This document shows, one piece after another, positions 19,933 to 29,040 of a DNA stretch of 64,000 bases; the first letter of the stretch is position 1, and each line of letters opens with the position of its first letter. This DNA is from a virus: UHGV virus genome UHGV-0348865; one strand, 5' to 3'. The notes below the pieces were generated by a model. The model was not told the DNA's origin, ran no database searches, and saw only the letters and a program-made list of their open reading frames with translations. A program made the position numbers and the translations under genes.

Positions 19933-20179
19933 CTGTCTCTCCCTTACTATAATCTTTATACGTTTCTACTTTGTAAGTGCGGAATGCTCTGAAGAAGAGC
20001 CAACCTAAGCTACTCACATCAATTGTAATATCGAAATCTGTTTCATCATCTAAATCAACAAGACGACCTAAGCATGTAGCTTCCATCCCTTCTTCAGAGT
20101 CACTATTGATTACGAAAGCGTATGTCTCTGTTCTAAACCGAGGCACCATCTCTGATAAAAAGTCTAATACTAAATTCAT
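19925..20179 (-). CDS. hypothetical protein (first ORF of late operon)
   Basis: 84-aa ORF; overlaps start of 19297..19932. Confidence 0.3.
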   Translation of the reverse strand: MNLVLDFLSEMVPRFRTETYAFVINSDSEEGMEATCLGRLVDLDDETDFDITIDVSSLGWLFFRAFRTYKVETYKDYSKGETDE

Positions 20180-20204
20180 AATTCTTCTCCTCTGAATAAG
20201 AGTA

Positions 20205-20340
20205 TAAAGGGCACATCATAAGACCTACCCGTAAAGGCCTCCTCATACCAACAACCCGTGTACGCTGAAGTAAAGGGCATGTCATAAAGGGGACTTCATG
20301 TTAAGGCACCTTCATAAAGGCTATATCACGTTAAGGCTTA
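20205..20340. repeat. 4-5 imperfect direct repeats of approx TAAAGGGCAYNTCATAAAG
   Basis: copies near 20205, 20231, 20271, 20301, 20331 immediately upstream of the late operon start. Confidence 0.55.
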
Positions 20341-21029
20341 TCCACCCACGTACTGAATCTCAACTTACCACATTCCTTACACTTCCATGTTGATAGATAC
20401 AAACCATGTATTCTTTCATCCCCGTAAGCTTTACGAAGAAGATAGTAATTGTGCTTACACTTCATCCGTCTAAATACTTTAATTAGATTCATTAAGTCCT
20501 CTCTTAAGCTTATATATAAGAGTTTAAAATTCTGATTTGACCGAGTGGGGCTAGCCGCTCGCCGCGCGTTTCCTAAAAAGGGGGAGTCCTCATTTAAAAA
20601 AGGGTTATTGGCAATGCCTTTACCCTCCCTTTCAACGTTCCACCTTTCCCCGTGCCTACTCCCCGTAGTTATTCCCCCGTGTATACTACCCAATACATTA
20701 CCTACCCGTTTATTTAGTACCCCTTTAGAGAGTGAGAGAAAGGCTAGCACTGTACAGGCACAATCATAACAGGTCTAATAATACCGTATAGTAACCATTC
20801 CGTCCCCCATAGTTTGAATGTAAATAGTTTCAATAGTTGTTATTATGAGTGCAATAATGATATATGTATTAATTAAGTGGATGATTGTATTTCTTTTAAT
20901 TGTTTCTTTTATTACTTTCTTTTTCAGCGTACATGAGCGTAGCGAATGGTCTTTGATGTTTGAGTAATGCTATTAATAGTTAACTAATTATTTAAGTGGT
21001 ATATTATTACCGCACTATCTTGCTATGCT

Positions 21030-21105
21030 TCCCCGTGGTCTGTTCTGCGGTTGTTGTATCCCCGTTTGTCCTGGTCTGTTGGTCTGTTACCCGTGGTGTT
21101 ACGCT
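21030..21105. repeat. iteron-like short direct repeats (GGTCTGTT x3, CCCGTGGT x2) in divergent control region
   Basis: visible repeats in an otherwise AT-rich ORF-poor region between minus-strand late genes and plus-strand early genes. Confidence 0.45.
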
Positions 21106-21225
21106 AACGCTACGAATGTTATAAAGTAACAATAAGAAGTAAGCTGATTCTCTGAGTATGGAAAGATTAGTAAATTAAATTCCTTTAGTTTTCAGTAGGA
21201 TGCAAGAAAGTTAGAAAATAAATGA

Positions 21226-21253
21226 TTGACAGTCTTTTCCTTTATTATATAGT
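21226..21253 (+). promoter_or_regulatory. sigma70-type promoter (TTGACA-16 nt-TATAGT) upstream of first early ORF
   Basis: consensus -35 at 21226-21231 and near-consensus -10 at 21248-21253. Confidence 0.55.
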
Positions 21254-21291
21254 TGTTGACAGTTGATTGAATCTATCTAAGGAATAACGAA

Positions 21292-21780
21292 ATGGCTAAA
21301 GCAATGCAGGTAGTTAATCTGGCAAGTTATGCACTGATTGCCGCGATCGGTGTTAGTGCACTGGTCACATCTCTTTCTGATAAGGCTATCGCTAGTCCTG
21401 CTCCTGCAACTGATGCGGCTAGTGTCTTCTCTAGTTCCATCAATAAGGGTTGGATGATTTGCAACGGTGCGGATAGTGACACCAATCAAATCGTCTTAAA
21501 GGTTAAATTCAGTAACGTTTCCCGTGATGGTCTGGTCGTTAGTACCAAAACACTAGATAATCAGGGCAATGAAGATTTGCTATTGAAGCGTACTGATAAC
21601 GATCCCGAACTAGTTACCTTCGGCACTGTACAACGTTACAGTCATGCGAAAGCTGTCACGAATCTGGTCAGTTATGGCCCGATGAACGAATCAATGCTTG
21701 CTACCACGGTTTACAATAACGAAGATAATGCGGTTTATACCGTACACATCAATTTGGCTAACTGTATCGGTGCTAAATAA
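21292..21780 (+). CDS. secreted early protein (signal peptide)
   Basis: 162-aa ORF, N-terminal hydrophobic signal with AIA-SP site. Confidence 0.45.
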   Translation: MAKAMQVVNLASYALIAAIGVSALVTSLSDKAIASPAPATDAASVFSSSINKGWMICNGADSDTNQIVLKVKFSNVSRDGLVVSTKTLDNQGNEDLLLKRTDNDPELVTFGTVQRYSHAKAVTNLVSYGPMNESMLATTVYNNEDNAVYTVHINLANCIGAK

Positions 21781-21804
21781 TATTAAATCTAACAGGAAAT
21801 ATTT

Positions 21805-22062
21805 ATGGGAAATGAAACTATCGCACTGATTGATACACATAATTACGGTGGCGTTACGCTCTCCTTTGATGAATCAACCGACGCTGGTTATTTATCTTTT
21901 CTTGCTAAAGGTGAGATACAAAATATCCGCTTTCCCGTTGTTTGTCTGGTGCAGGATTATATAACAGTTGGGAAGTATTTGGCGCAACGTGGGATTCTCC
22001 TATCGCTGGAAGAAGTGGAACAAATCAGTGTATCCTTTTTTGGCGAGGATAGCAACCAATGA
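21805..22062 (+). CDS. hypothetical protein
   Basis: 85-aa ORF. Confidence 0.3.
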   Translation: MGNETIALIDTHNYGGVTLSFDESTDAGYLSFLAKGEIQNIRFPVVCLVQDYITVGKYLAQRGILLSLEEVEQISVSFFGEDSNQ

Positions 22063-22253
22063 TTCATGATTATTTTTGGCGTTGCTTGTTTGGTGCGACC
22101 TTCCTGCTGTTCATTACTGATATGCTGTATTCTTACGTTTTCTAAGGTCTGGATGTGCTGTTTTTGTTTTTGTTAGTCGTGGGCTTCATTTCTTTAAATT
22201 ATTTACTGATTGTTGCCGCTCTCGATGTTATTAATCTCATTATTAAAGGTTGA

Positions 22254-22625
22254 TTGGCTATGTGGTTTATTAAATTCGTCGTTAAAACGGTTGTAGGCTT
22301 CTTTCTGGTTGTTCTCCTGTTAGGTGTCCTGCTATCGGCTATGGGTAGTGTAAAGGCTGCAACGTTCTCCCCTGCTACGGTTGACGGTTTACAGTGCACC
22401 TATTTGATTGAGAATTATGACACTGGTAAACAGTCACCTAAAGTTATTATTTTGCATGTAAATGATTTCGATCATGTGCAATCATTTGATAAAACTATTC
22501 AACTGATGAATGAGTCCACTGGCAAACAAGTCATGATTGATCATCTGATGCGCTCATCCCTAACCTTGTTTGATGAGTCTATGAATGAAGTTGCATCCGG
22601 TAACGGTCAATGTGTAAATCCATAG
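22254..22625 (+). CDS. membrane-anchored early protein
   Basis: 123-aa ORF with N-terminal transmembrane segment. Confidence 0.4.
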   Translation: MAMWFIKFVVKTVVGFFLVVLLLGVLLSAMGSVKAATFSPATVDGLQCTYLIENYDTGKQSPKVIILHVNDFDHVQSFDKTIQLMNESTGKQVMIDHLMRSSLTLFDESMNEVASGNGQCVNP

Positions 22626-23012
22626 GCTTAATCTTTCTCCTGTATTGTGCCGTGGTCATGCCTATGGTCATAATCTATCTGATGCTCTAAATCCTTCCTG
22701 TAAGCCTCCTAGTGAGGCTTTTCTCTTTTCTAAGGTGATTGTATGCCTTACTCCCTTTTAGTTCGCTGTAGTGCGTTTTAGACCGCTCATTATTTCTTTA
22801 CAAGCCGTTTTCTATGATGTACCGCGTGCGTGCGCTCTTTTACCTTCCTATAGTGAAAAAGTTTAAAATATTTTGCTTTACCCTATTGTATCCCTCACTG
22901 GTTAATGTATACTTCATTTCATCGGGTACGATGTAAAACATACAAGGCAAGGAAACTTGCCCCGCTCTTTAAAAATCAGGCAAGAAAGTGAAAATATTCT
23001 TAAAAAGAGTAT

Positions 23013-23040
23013 TGACACCAGAAAAAGCCTGATATATAGT
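23013..23040 (+). promoter_or_regulatory. sigma70-type promoter P1 (TTGACA-16-TATAGT) with A-rich upstream tract
   Basis: consensus hexamers and spacing. Confidence 0.6.
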
Positions 23041-23156
23041 GAGCATAAGTCAGCGATGACGTGAAATATCCCGCTCTTTAAAAACTTATCATCTTGCCCT
23101 TTCGCATAGATTCAAGCGAGATAAGGGAACGGAATAAAAGAAGATGATAAAAAGAG

Positions 23157-23186
23157 TTGACAAGCTAACACGGTGTGTTAAGCTAC
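23157..23186 (+). promoter_or_regulatory. candidate sigma70-type promoter P2 (TTGACA, weak -10 TAAGCT)
   Basis: consensus -35 with A-rich upstream tract; -10 imperfect. Confidence 0.4.
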
Positions 23187-23314
23187 AAATGCAGTAACCG
23201 CTCTTTAAAAATATGAATCATAAGTTAAGCCTCACCGCTTAATCTTCAATCAAATATAGCTGATTGATATATCCTCCCAATAAGGGGAGCGACGAAAAAA
23301 GATTAAAAAAGTGG

Positions 23315-23343
23315 TTGACAGCTAAAACAGCATGATTCATAAT
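23315..23343 (+). promoter_or_regulatory. sigma70-type promoter P3 (TTGACA-17-CATAAT)
   Basis: consensus hexamers and spacing. Confidence 0.55.
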
Positions 23344-24267
23344 GAGCACTCACTAAGCAAATCATCGCTTCAGTGAAAAGCGTAACAACGGCTAACAGTT
23401 GCATAGTGTGAGAAAGCACACTGATAGATTTACCGCTCTTTAATAATTTAAACATTCTCCTATATCGGTTGAATATGTTAGATGATAATAACCATCGGAT
23501 AACATACCAGATAAAACGGCGTAAAACTCCCTAAATTATCAGGGTAAACAGGTTTACATTCCCTTACTGGAAACGTCACCACTGATAAACGGATTCATTG
23601 AGTGCACGCAAAGACTTAAGCTAATCGCCCACGGTTAAGGGTAGCGGCGGCTATCGCTAACAAGGCGCTACAGTGAAAGAAGTTAATCAGGGTAGGCAAG
23701 TCCGAAGAATTAACGCCCAATTGAGGGCGGCGGGGAGTGGTTAAAAAGTGGCAAATTGCTATTTAACAATAAGGTTTAGTGTGAACGTTTACGATGTGAA
23801 CGGCTTGAGATTCATCACAAGATGAAAGTACATAGTCGGTTTATGTAGTAAACTTGCCGAAAGATATAAAACGTCAGAACATTAGACGGTCAATGACTCT
23901 TTCACAATAGCATCCCGTTGTGGGCGATGGCTAGTGATTGAGAGTTGATACAAAAGGATAGGCGAGAGCGAAAGCAAAGTAGACGATATTGCCGACGGTT
24001 ACAATAAACGTAACTAATTAGAGTCGGACGCACTGCCTTATTGTGATGATTGATCATCGCTATCAGGTCGGCTTGGTTTATAGCGACTAATTAAAGATAC
24101 CAGATGAAACATCACAGATAAGGGGGCGGCAAGGTTAACTCCTGATAAGACCGCCCCGCTTATCAATAATTACTTAACAATGAGTGATTATCGATAAGTC
24201 AATAGTGACTTAAAAAGCTCATAGCGAGCGGGGGCAATAGTGCCCTTACAATTGAAAGGTGAATATC

Positions 24268-25167
24268 ATGGCTAAAGTTTTTAATCTGGTAAAAGAATCT
24301 GGTTTTAACGCACTGGCTAACAACATTCGTAGCAATAACGCGGCGATTAAACAAGATGTTTCTAATTTTCTGTTAGGGCACTTGCAGCACTTCCGCAGTA
24401 ACGGTAAAAAGCTGGACGTATTGCAGGCGGCGGTTGACTTTCTGTTAACTGAACGTTTTCGTGATATGGATGTGATCGCCACTGCAATTACTTTCTTAAC
24501 TCCCATCAAGTTTAACACCGATGCGGCAAACGGTCGTAAAAAGTGGATTAATCTGGAAGGTGAGGCGAAAGCGAAAGAAGATGCGAAAGAAGCGCAAATT
24601 AAGGCCAAAATGGAACAAAACCGCGCTCGCTGGTCAAATGCTTTCGAAAACTTTGCTTTAGGCCGTGAAATTGAAGTCGATAACCCTAACTTTTACAAGG
24701 GTTGTAATGACAACGTGGCGGCACACCTGCAAATTCCGGCGAAAAACAAGGAAGATTTTAATCAGGATATTTACGCTTTAGTTGAACGCTTGAATGCAAT
24801 CCGTATTGAAGCCAAATTACTGGCTGATGAGCGCAACGGCGCAACTAGCGATAACACTATCGCCCTGAGTGAAGAAGTTGGGAAGGTTAAAAAGTCCTTT
24901 GATTCACTCATCAAGAAAGTCACGGCCTCAACGGTAGCGATCTCGGATGATTATCTGATGAACGCATCAAGCAAGGAATTAGAATCACTCGATTCATACG
25001 CTGATGAAATGGAAAAGACTGTTGCAGCTATGCAGGAGAAGTTAGAAAGTCTGCGCGGTCGTATCTCTTCAACGGTTGCTACCCGTACCGAACAAGCTGC
25101 GAAGGCAGAAGAAGAAGAAGTATTGCGTAAAGCGGCTGAGATTATGGCGGCACGTCAGGCGGCATAA
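24268..25167 (+). CDS. hypothetical early protein (helical, Lys/Glu-rich)
   Basis: ATG at 24268 with GAAAGGTG ribosome-binding site; first sizeable ORF after the promoter array. Confidence 0.5.
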   Translation: MAKVFNLVKESGFNALANNIRSNNAAIKQDVSNFLLGHLQHFRSNGKKLDVLQAAVDFLLTERFRDMDVIATAITFLTPIKFNTDAANGRKKWINLEGEAKAKEDAKEAQIKAKMEQNRARWSNAFENFALGREIEVDNPNFYKGCNDNVAAHLQIPAKNKEDFNQDIYALVERLNAIRIEAKLLADERNGATSDNTIALSEEVGKVKKSFDSLIKKVTASTVAISDDYLMNASSKELESLDSYADEMEKTVAAMQEKLESLRGRISSTVATRTEQAAKAEEEEVLRKAAEIMAARQAA

Positions 25168-25190
25168 GTAAGACAATATAAATAAACATA

Positions 25191-25226
25191 AGGCGCTATC
25201 TTAACGGGTAGCGCCTTTTCTTTTAT
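25191..25226 (+). terminator. rho-independent terminator
   Basis: AGGCGCTA...TAGCGCCT hairpin followed by TTTCTTTTAT. Confidence 0.6.
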
Positions 25227-25269
25227 CAGTGCATTGATTCAGTGCATTAATCAAAGAATTTAATCAAAG

Positions 25270-25497
25270 GTGATGATCATGTTAATTACGCATACCACGA
25301 TTTATAGGAATCTTGTCAACGGTCAACATTACCGCCTATCTAAAAAATATGGCGTTGAATGCAAATGTATTATTACCGGTGAATGGTATCCGTCACCAAT
25401 GAAGATTGAAACATTGGAACGTGAAGCGATCAGCTATATTATCACGCAAGAAACAACGTTAGGCCGTATCTTAAGAAAGTTGGGATTGAGAAAATGA
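25270..25497 (+). CDS. hypothetical small protein
   Basis: 75-aa ORF. Confidence 0.35.
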   Translation: MMIMLITHTTIYRNLVNGQHYRLSKKYGVECKCIITGEWYPSPMKIETLEREAISYIITQETTLGRILRKLGLRK

Positions 25498-25718
25498 TAT
25501 TCAGTAGTAATTTTGGCAAGTGTCCTATTTGTGAGAAACATCGCAGCACGGGCAACCATCGAAAATGCAGTAAGATATTACAGCGCCAACGTGATAACAA
25601 CCATTGGGATACTGTACACACTAACCAGCGTAAAGAAGAAGTTAGGAAAATGGCTGTTAAAGCGTCATTTGCTCAATCCACTCGTATTGAACACATTCAA
25701 AGGTATCAAGCATTATGA
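25494..25718 (+). CDS. small Cys/His-rich (zinc-binding?) protein
   Basis: ATGA start/stop overlap with upstream ORF; CPICEKH motif. Confidence 0.4.
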   Translation: MIFSSNFGKCPICEKHRSTGNHRKCSKILQRQRDNNHWDTVHTNQRKEEVRKMAVKASFAQSTRIEHIQRYQAL

Positions 25719-25924
25719 TCACTAACATTTCAGAATTTAAGAAAGCACCTTCCCGCTTGTTAGGCCGTCGTGTTGTATATCTTTACAGCAATAAAGGTAA
25801 ATGTACAACCGGACGAATCACAACGGTGAGTAGTGCTAACAAGAAACTACTAAAGTTATGTGTGACTATGGATGATGGTACAATCCTGCTACGCAGTTGG
25901 AAGTCATTTAGTTTACTCGATTAA
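25715..25924 (+). CDS. hypothetical small protein
   Basis: ATGA overlap coupling with upstream ORF. Confidence 0.4.
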   Translation: MITNISEFKKAPSRLLGRRVVYLYSNKGKCTTGRITTVSSANKKLLKLCVTMDDGTILLRSWKSFSLLD

Positions 25925-25993
25925 GTTATTTGTTCAAGCCTGTCACCTTGATGGGCTTGCCCGATATAATTTATCACTAAAAGGAATAAGATT

Positions 25994-26437
25994 GTGGCTA
26001 AATCTAAAATCAGCATGAAGGGCGGGCGTTGTTTTGCTATCTCTGAACTGGAGAAAGAGAAGCCAAAGGCAACTAATCACGTTAGCAAGCGTAGTCTAAA
26101 ACGTCGTGCTGCAAAAGCTGAGGCTGAATCCCATGTTCCTTCCAGTGTGGCAAAACGTATAGGCCATCGTGTCCATCGGGCTGATGCGTTGTTGTTAGCT
26201 GATCATAAACGCTCTTTGTTAAAGAGCGGGGGAGCTAAAACAGAAGAGGAGAAGAAGTTAGAAATCTTCTGTAATGGTCGCACCCGTGGTAAACAGAAGT
26301 TTAAAGGTAGTACGAAAGACCCGCAGGCTTTCCCTAAGACAAGTCAGTGTGCGCCTGATGTATTCTACGCAGATAGTAAACACAAGTGGGGTGTTGAGAA
26401 ATACATTGACCCCATTAAAGAGGCGAGGGTAAAATGA
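25994..26437 (+). CDS. basic hypothetical protein
   Basis: 147-aa Lys/Arg-rich ORF. Confidence 0.4.
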   Translation: MAKSKISMKGGRCFAISELEKEKPKATNHVSKRSLKRRAAKAEAESHVPSSVAKRIGHRVHRADALLLADHKRSLLKSGGAKTEEEKKLEIFCNGRTRGKQKFKGSTKDPQAFPKTSQCAPDVFYADSKHKWGVEKYIDPIKEARVK

Positions 26438-26616
26438 TTTATTCAGAGATTCTAAATAAAGTCAGAGAGATGCGGCAAGGTGATGCAGTAGTTGATGTTC
26501 TGGTTCATCTGGTAGCATCCTTGCAAGAAGAAAACGATTTGCTAAAGAAGGAAATAGAATCTAGAAGTAGAGAAAGGGATAGGAAATCATTATGGAATAG
26601 CACTCCTCTCTTTTAG
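26434..26616 (+). CDS. hypothetical small protein
   Basis: 60-aa ORF overlapping stop of previous gene. Confidence 0.35.
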   Translation: MIYSEILNKVREMRQGDAVVDVLVHLVASLQEENDLLKKEIESRSRERDRKSLWNSTPLF

Positions 26617-26627
26617 TACTATGACGC
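26611..26627 (+). promoter_or_regulatory. conserved 17-mer TTTTAGTACTATGACGC (copy 1)
   Basis: identical 17-mer recurs at 34695-34711; both followed by terminator-like hairpins. Confidence 0.45.
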
Positions 26628-26672
26628 TCTTTCTGTAGCGTCGTGCCCTCTCCCCATTTGAAGCTTCCGAAT

Positions 26673-26696
26673 AGCCGCCTTTGAGCGGCTTTTTGC
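26673..26696 (+). terminator. terminator-like hairpin
   Basis: AGCCGC-loop-GCGGCT followed by TTTTT. Confidence 0.5.
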
Positions 26697-26757
26697 GTTG
26701 CTGTAAGTACATTTGCGAGTGTATTTATAGCAACGGTCATGTGTTGCTTTCAGGTTT

Positions 26758-26783
26758 GCCCCGGCTACGGCTGGGGCTTTTTT
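26758..26783 (+). terminator. rho-independent terminator
   Basis: GCCCCGGC-TACG-GCTGGGGC hairpin followed by TTTTTT. Confidence 0.7.
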
Positions 26784-26807
26784 ATACCTATTGTATAGGA
26801 ATTTTCT

Positions 26808-27125
26808 ATGAAAAACCCGTTCGAGCTGATAAGTACAGACCCTGTAGAGGCTAACATGCTTTCATTGAAATCCAAGCTGATCATCATTCTTACGAAGTTA
26901 ATTCGTGATCAGGGTTGGTCGCAGTGTGTTGCCGCAGAGAAGCTAGGTGTTAGCCAGCCGAGGATTAGTAGCCTTATGAATGGACAGCTTTCAAAGTTCT
27001 CCATCGACACATTGTTGAAATTGATTCTCAAGGTGGGGTATGAGCTGGACATGAACTTCACCCCATTAAACACCAGATCGCCACTTGCAATAGCTGTAAA
27101 AGGTGATGATATAAGTTACAAATAG
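26808..27125 (+). CDS. HTH XRE-family DNA-binding protein, HigA-like antitoxin type
   Basis: central motif QGWSQCVAAEKLGVSQPRISSLMNGQLSKFSIDTLLKL typical of addiction-module antidote HTH proteins. Confidence 0.6.
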   Translation: MKNPFELISTDPVEANMLSLKSKLIIILTKLIRDQGWSQCVAAEKLGVSQPRISSLMNGQLSKFSIDTLLKLILKVGYELDMNFTPLNTRSPLAIAVKGDDISYK

Positions 27126-27238
27126 TAAGATACCGCCTATTCCGAAAGGGATGGGTGGAGCTATAAGCATCTTTTCGAGGGTGTTTATTGAAACAACAAA
27201 ATAGGAGGTAGCAAGTTCTGATAACAACGGCACAGCTA

Positions 27239-27628
27239 ATGTTGACATTGACTATTTATTATGAGGCAGGGAATCAGCCAACCGCATGTAAGGCTTTAGT
27301 TGCGGATACCGTGATAAATAGAATGGCCCAACGAAAACTGACCGCTGAACAGGTGATAAGACAAAAGAACCAGTTTGAGTGGATTCCGGTACTATTAAAA
27401 CAGGAGAAACCTTATAAACGTTATGTAAAGCTGATTCGTGATAAAAATCCGATGACTAAGCAAGCCATTGGAGAAAGCGAGCGACTTGCTAAACGTGCCC
27501 TTAAGAAGAATTATGTTCCTCTGTACAGTGGGACTTACTTTCAGAGTAAGAGCGAAGGGGTGCCAAAATGGTATGCCAATCCTATGTATTGTGGTGATTT
27601 AGTGTTCGATAATAGCTCTAGGGAATAA
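27239..27628 (+). CDS. SleB-like cell-wall hydrolase (Hydrolase_2-type) domain protein
   Basis: motif IYYEAGNQ...KALVADTVINRM resembles the SleB/Hydrolase_2 signature. Confidence 0.45.
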   Translation: MLTLTIYYEAGNQPTACKALVADTVINRMAQRKLTAEQVIRQKNQFEWIPVLLKQEKPYKRYVKLIRDKNPMTKQAIGESERLAKRALKKNYVPLYSGTYFQSKSEGVPKWYANPMYCGDLVFDNSSRE

Positions 27629-27827
27629 TCACTAGTGCCAGATTTGACAAACTAAATTCCTTTATAAACCAACCACTTAGTAAATTTATTGAAAAAGATG
27701 GTAGTATTCTGGGACTATGGGTAATGCTCTGTATATAGACCCTTTGAAAATTTCTTAGAAAATAAGTTTACTAAATATAACTTACTTAAATAATATTACT
27801 TTTAATCTCTGATAAGGGGTAAATAAT

Positions 27828-28124
27828 ATGACTTTAGAAGTATATAAATTCCTTTTTGTAAGCTGTTTAACTATCAGCGTTATAGGATTTATTGTTCTCA
27901 GAAACAAAGCAGCAAGCTGGGAGAGAATGTATAAATCCCTAGTCCGAGTGGATGAGATGTATAATGAGAAAGTTAAAGTAACTCTTAACGATCTTATTAT
28001 GCAAGTTGAAGACAGAAACAAGCGTCTTCAGAACCTCAATCATGAAGTGTTGCGCCTTGCTCGTGCTAATGAAGACTTACGAGTGGCTATTGCTAAGCAG
28101 CAGGAGATTAACAGTGAAAGTTAA
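27828..28124 (+). CDS. membrane-anchored coiled-coil protein
   Basis: N-terminal transmembrane segment then heptad-like helical region. Confidence 0.4.
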   Translation: MTLEVYKFLFVSCLTISVIGFIVLRNKAASWERMYKSLVRVDEMYNEKVKVTLNDLIMQVEDRNKRLQNLNHEVLRLARANEDLRVAIAKQQEINSES

Positions 28125-28350
28125 TATTAAATCTGATCGTACAATGCTTCGATTAAATAATATGAAGCCGGGGGTTCTGTTTGAGCGTAAAGAATCCCTT
28201 TATATTAGAACCGACACATTGTACGCAGACAATTATGTCAACTGTGTTGATGTGGTAACTGGAAAGCTCATGCCTTTTAAACGGGATGAAATTTGCCAAG
28301 TACGCAGCGATCTCCACATAACTAACATAGAGACTAAAGATGAAGATTGA
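28114..28350 (+). CDS. small paralogue family member 1
   Basis: GTG start overlapping previous stop; shares family pattern (hydrophobic-G-x-[VL]-F ... Y-[IM] ... [CA]-[VI]-[ND]-[VL]-x-[TN]-G). Confidence 0.4.
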   Translation: MKVNIKSDRTMLRLNNMKPGVLFERKESLYIRTDTLYADNYVNCVDVVTGKLMPFKRDEICQVRSDLHITNIETKDED

Positions 28351-28591
28351 TCTTGAGTTTAAGAATCCAGAGCTGAAAGTAGGTGATTTGAAACTTGGAG
28401 ATGTATTCCAAGTGAAGGCAACATGTATTGACCATTACATGATTGTCCAGCTATACACACCACATGTGTCAGAGACTGATCTTCGGAATGGTTGTGTAGT
28501 ACTTAGTTTAAATACCAATCAAGTAATGAAGCTAGACTCAAACTTACCTGTTTCGGTTATCCATAATGTAGTAATTACCAATCGGAAGTGA
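28340..28591 (+). CDS. small paralogue family member 2
   Basis: KLGDVFQV...HYMIVQL...GCVVLSLNTNQ pattern. Confidence 0.45.
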   Translation: MKIDLEFKNPELKVGDLKLGDVFQVKATCIDHYMIVQLYTPHVSETDLRNGCVVLSLNTNQVMKLDSNLPVSVIHNVVITNRK

Positions 28592-28806
28592 TTATGAACA
28601 TTGAAAAGAAGGTTGCTGATGAGGCTGTTCAGTTGCGATCTCTTGAAACACATGATGTATTTGTGTGGAGAGGTAGCCTGTTTCAGAAATCTGCCTATGC
28701 TGTAGAGGGCGGGGTTCGTTGTTTTAATATCCTTAACAACGAGATGCAAATCCTTCCTAACTTCGCTCATGTTAATAAGTTAGTTCATCTAACCATCAAT
28801 CAATAA
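28588..28806 (+). CDS. small paralogue family member 3
   Basis: THDVFVWRGSLF...VRCFNILNNE pattern; ATGA overlap with previous. Confidence 0.45.
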   Translation: MIMNIEKKVADEAVQLRSLETHDVFVWRGSLFQKSAYAVEGGVRCFNILNNEMQILPNFAHVNKLVHLTINQ

Positions 28807-28816
28807 AGGTAAGTAG

Positions 28817-29035
28817 ATGGAAATTAAAGTAGTTGATTATCCTAAATATGCAAATGCAGAAGACGTTAAAGGTGGTGATGTTTTCTCTTACGACAGACGT
28901 TTCTGGCTGATGTTAGAAGATAAAACTCCCGATGGTTTGTGTAAGGCCGCTAACCTGAACAGTGGTTCTGTTGAAGTCTTCGGTCTATCAACCACTGTTA
29001 TGCCACGTCCTGATCTGTGTTTATCCCAAAAGTAA
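28817..29035 (+). CDS. small paralogue family member 4
   Basis: KGGDVFSYDRRFWLML...CKAANLNSGS pattern. Confidence 0.45.
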   Translation: MEIKVVDYPKYANAEDVKGGDVFSYDRRFWLMLEDKTPDGLCKAANLNSGSVEVFGLSTTVMPRPDLCLSQK

Positions 29036-29040
29036 CACCG

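Larger units (their letters stand above)
22962..23446 (+). repeat. four copies of 14-mer CCGCTCTTTAA(A/T)AA interleaved with promoters
   Basis: copies at 22962-22975, 23071-23084, 23198-23211, 23433-23446. Confidence 0.7.

Noticed and set aside
20545-20769. Plus-strand 74-aa ORF and the N-terminal two-thirds of minus ORF 20331-20750
   Set aside because: Low-complexity, Pro/Gly/Ser-rich translations of a repeat-rich non-coding control region; no ribosome-binding sites.
21277-21489. Minus-strand ORF overlapping the first early gene
   Set aside because: Antisense to 21292-21780, which has a promoter, ribosome-binding site and signal peptide.
22962-23446. Possibility that the repeated 14-mers form a CRISPR-like array
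   Set aside because: Repeats are only 14 nt, spacers are unequal (about 95-220 nt) and contain promoters; no cas genes; does not fit CRISPR architecture.
24246-24608. Minus-strand 120-aa ORF
   Set aside because: Antisense to the well-supported plus-strand gene 24268-25167 in a region where all genes run rightward.
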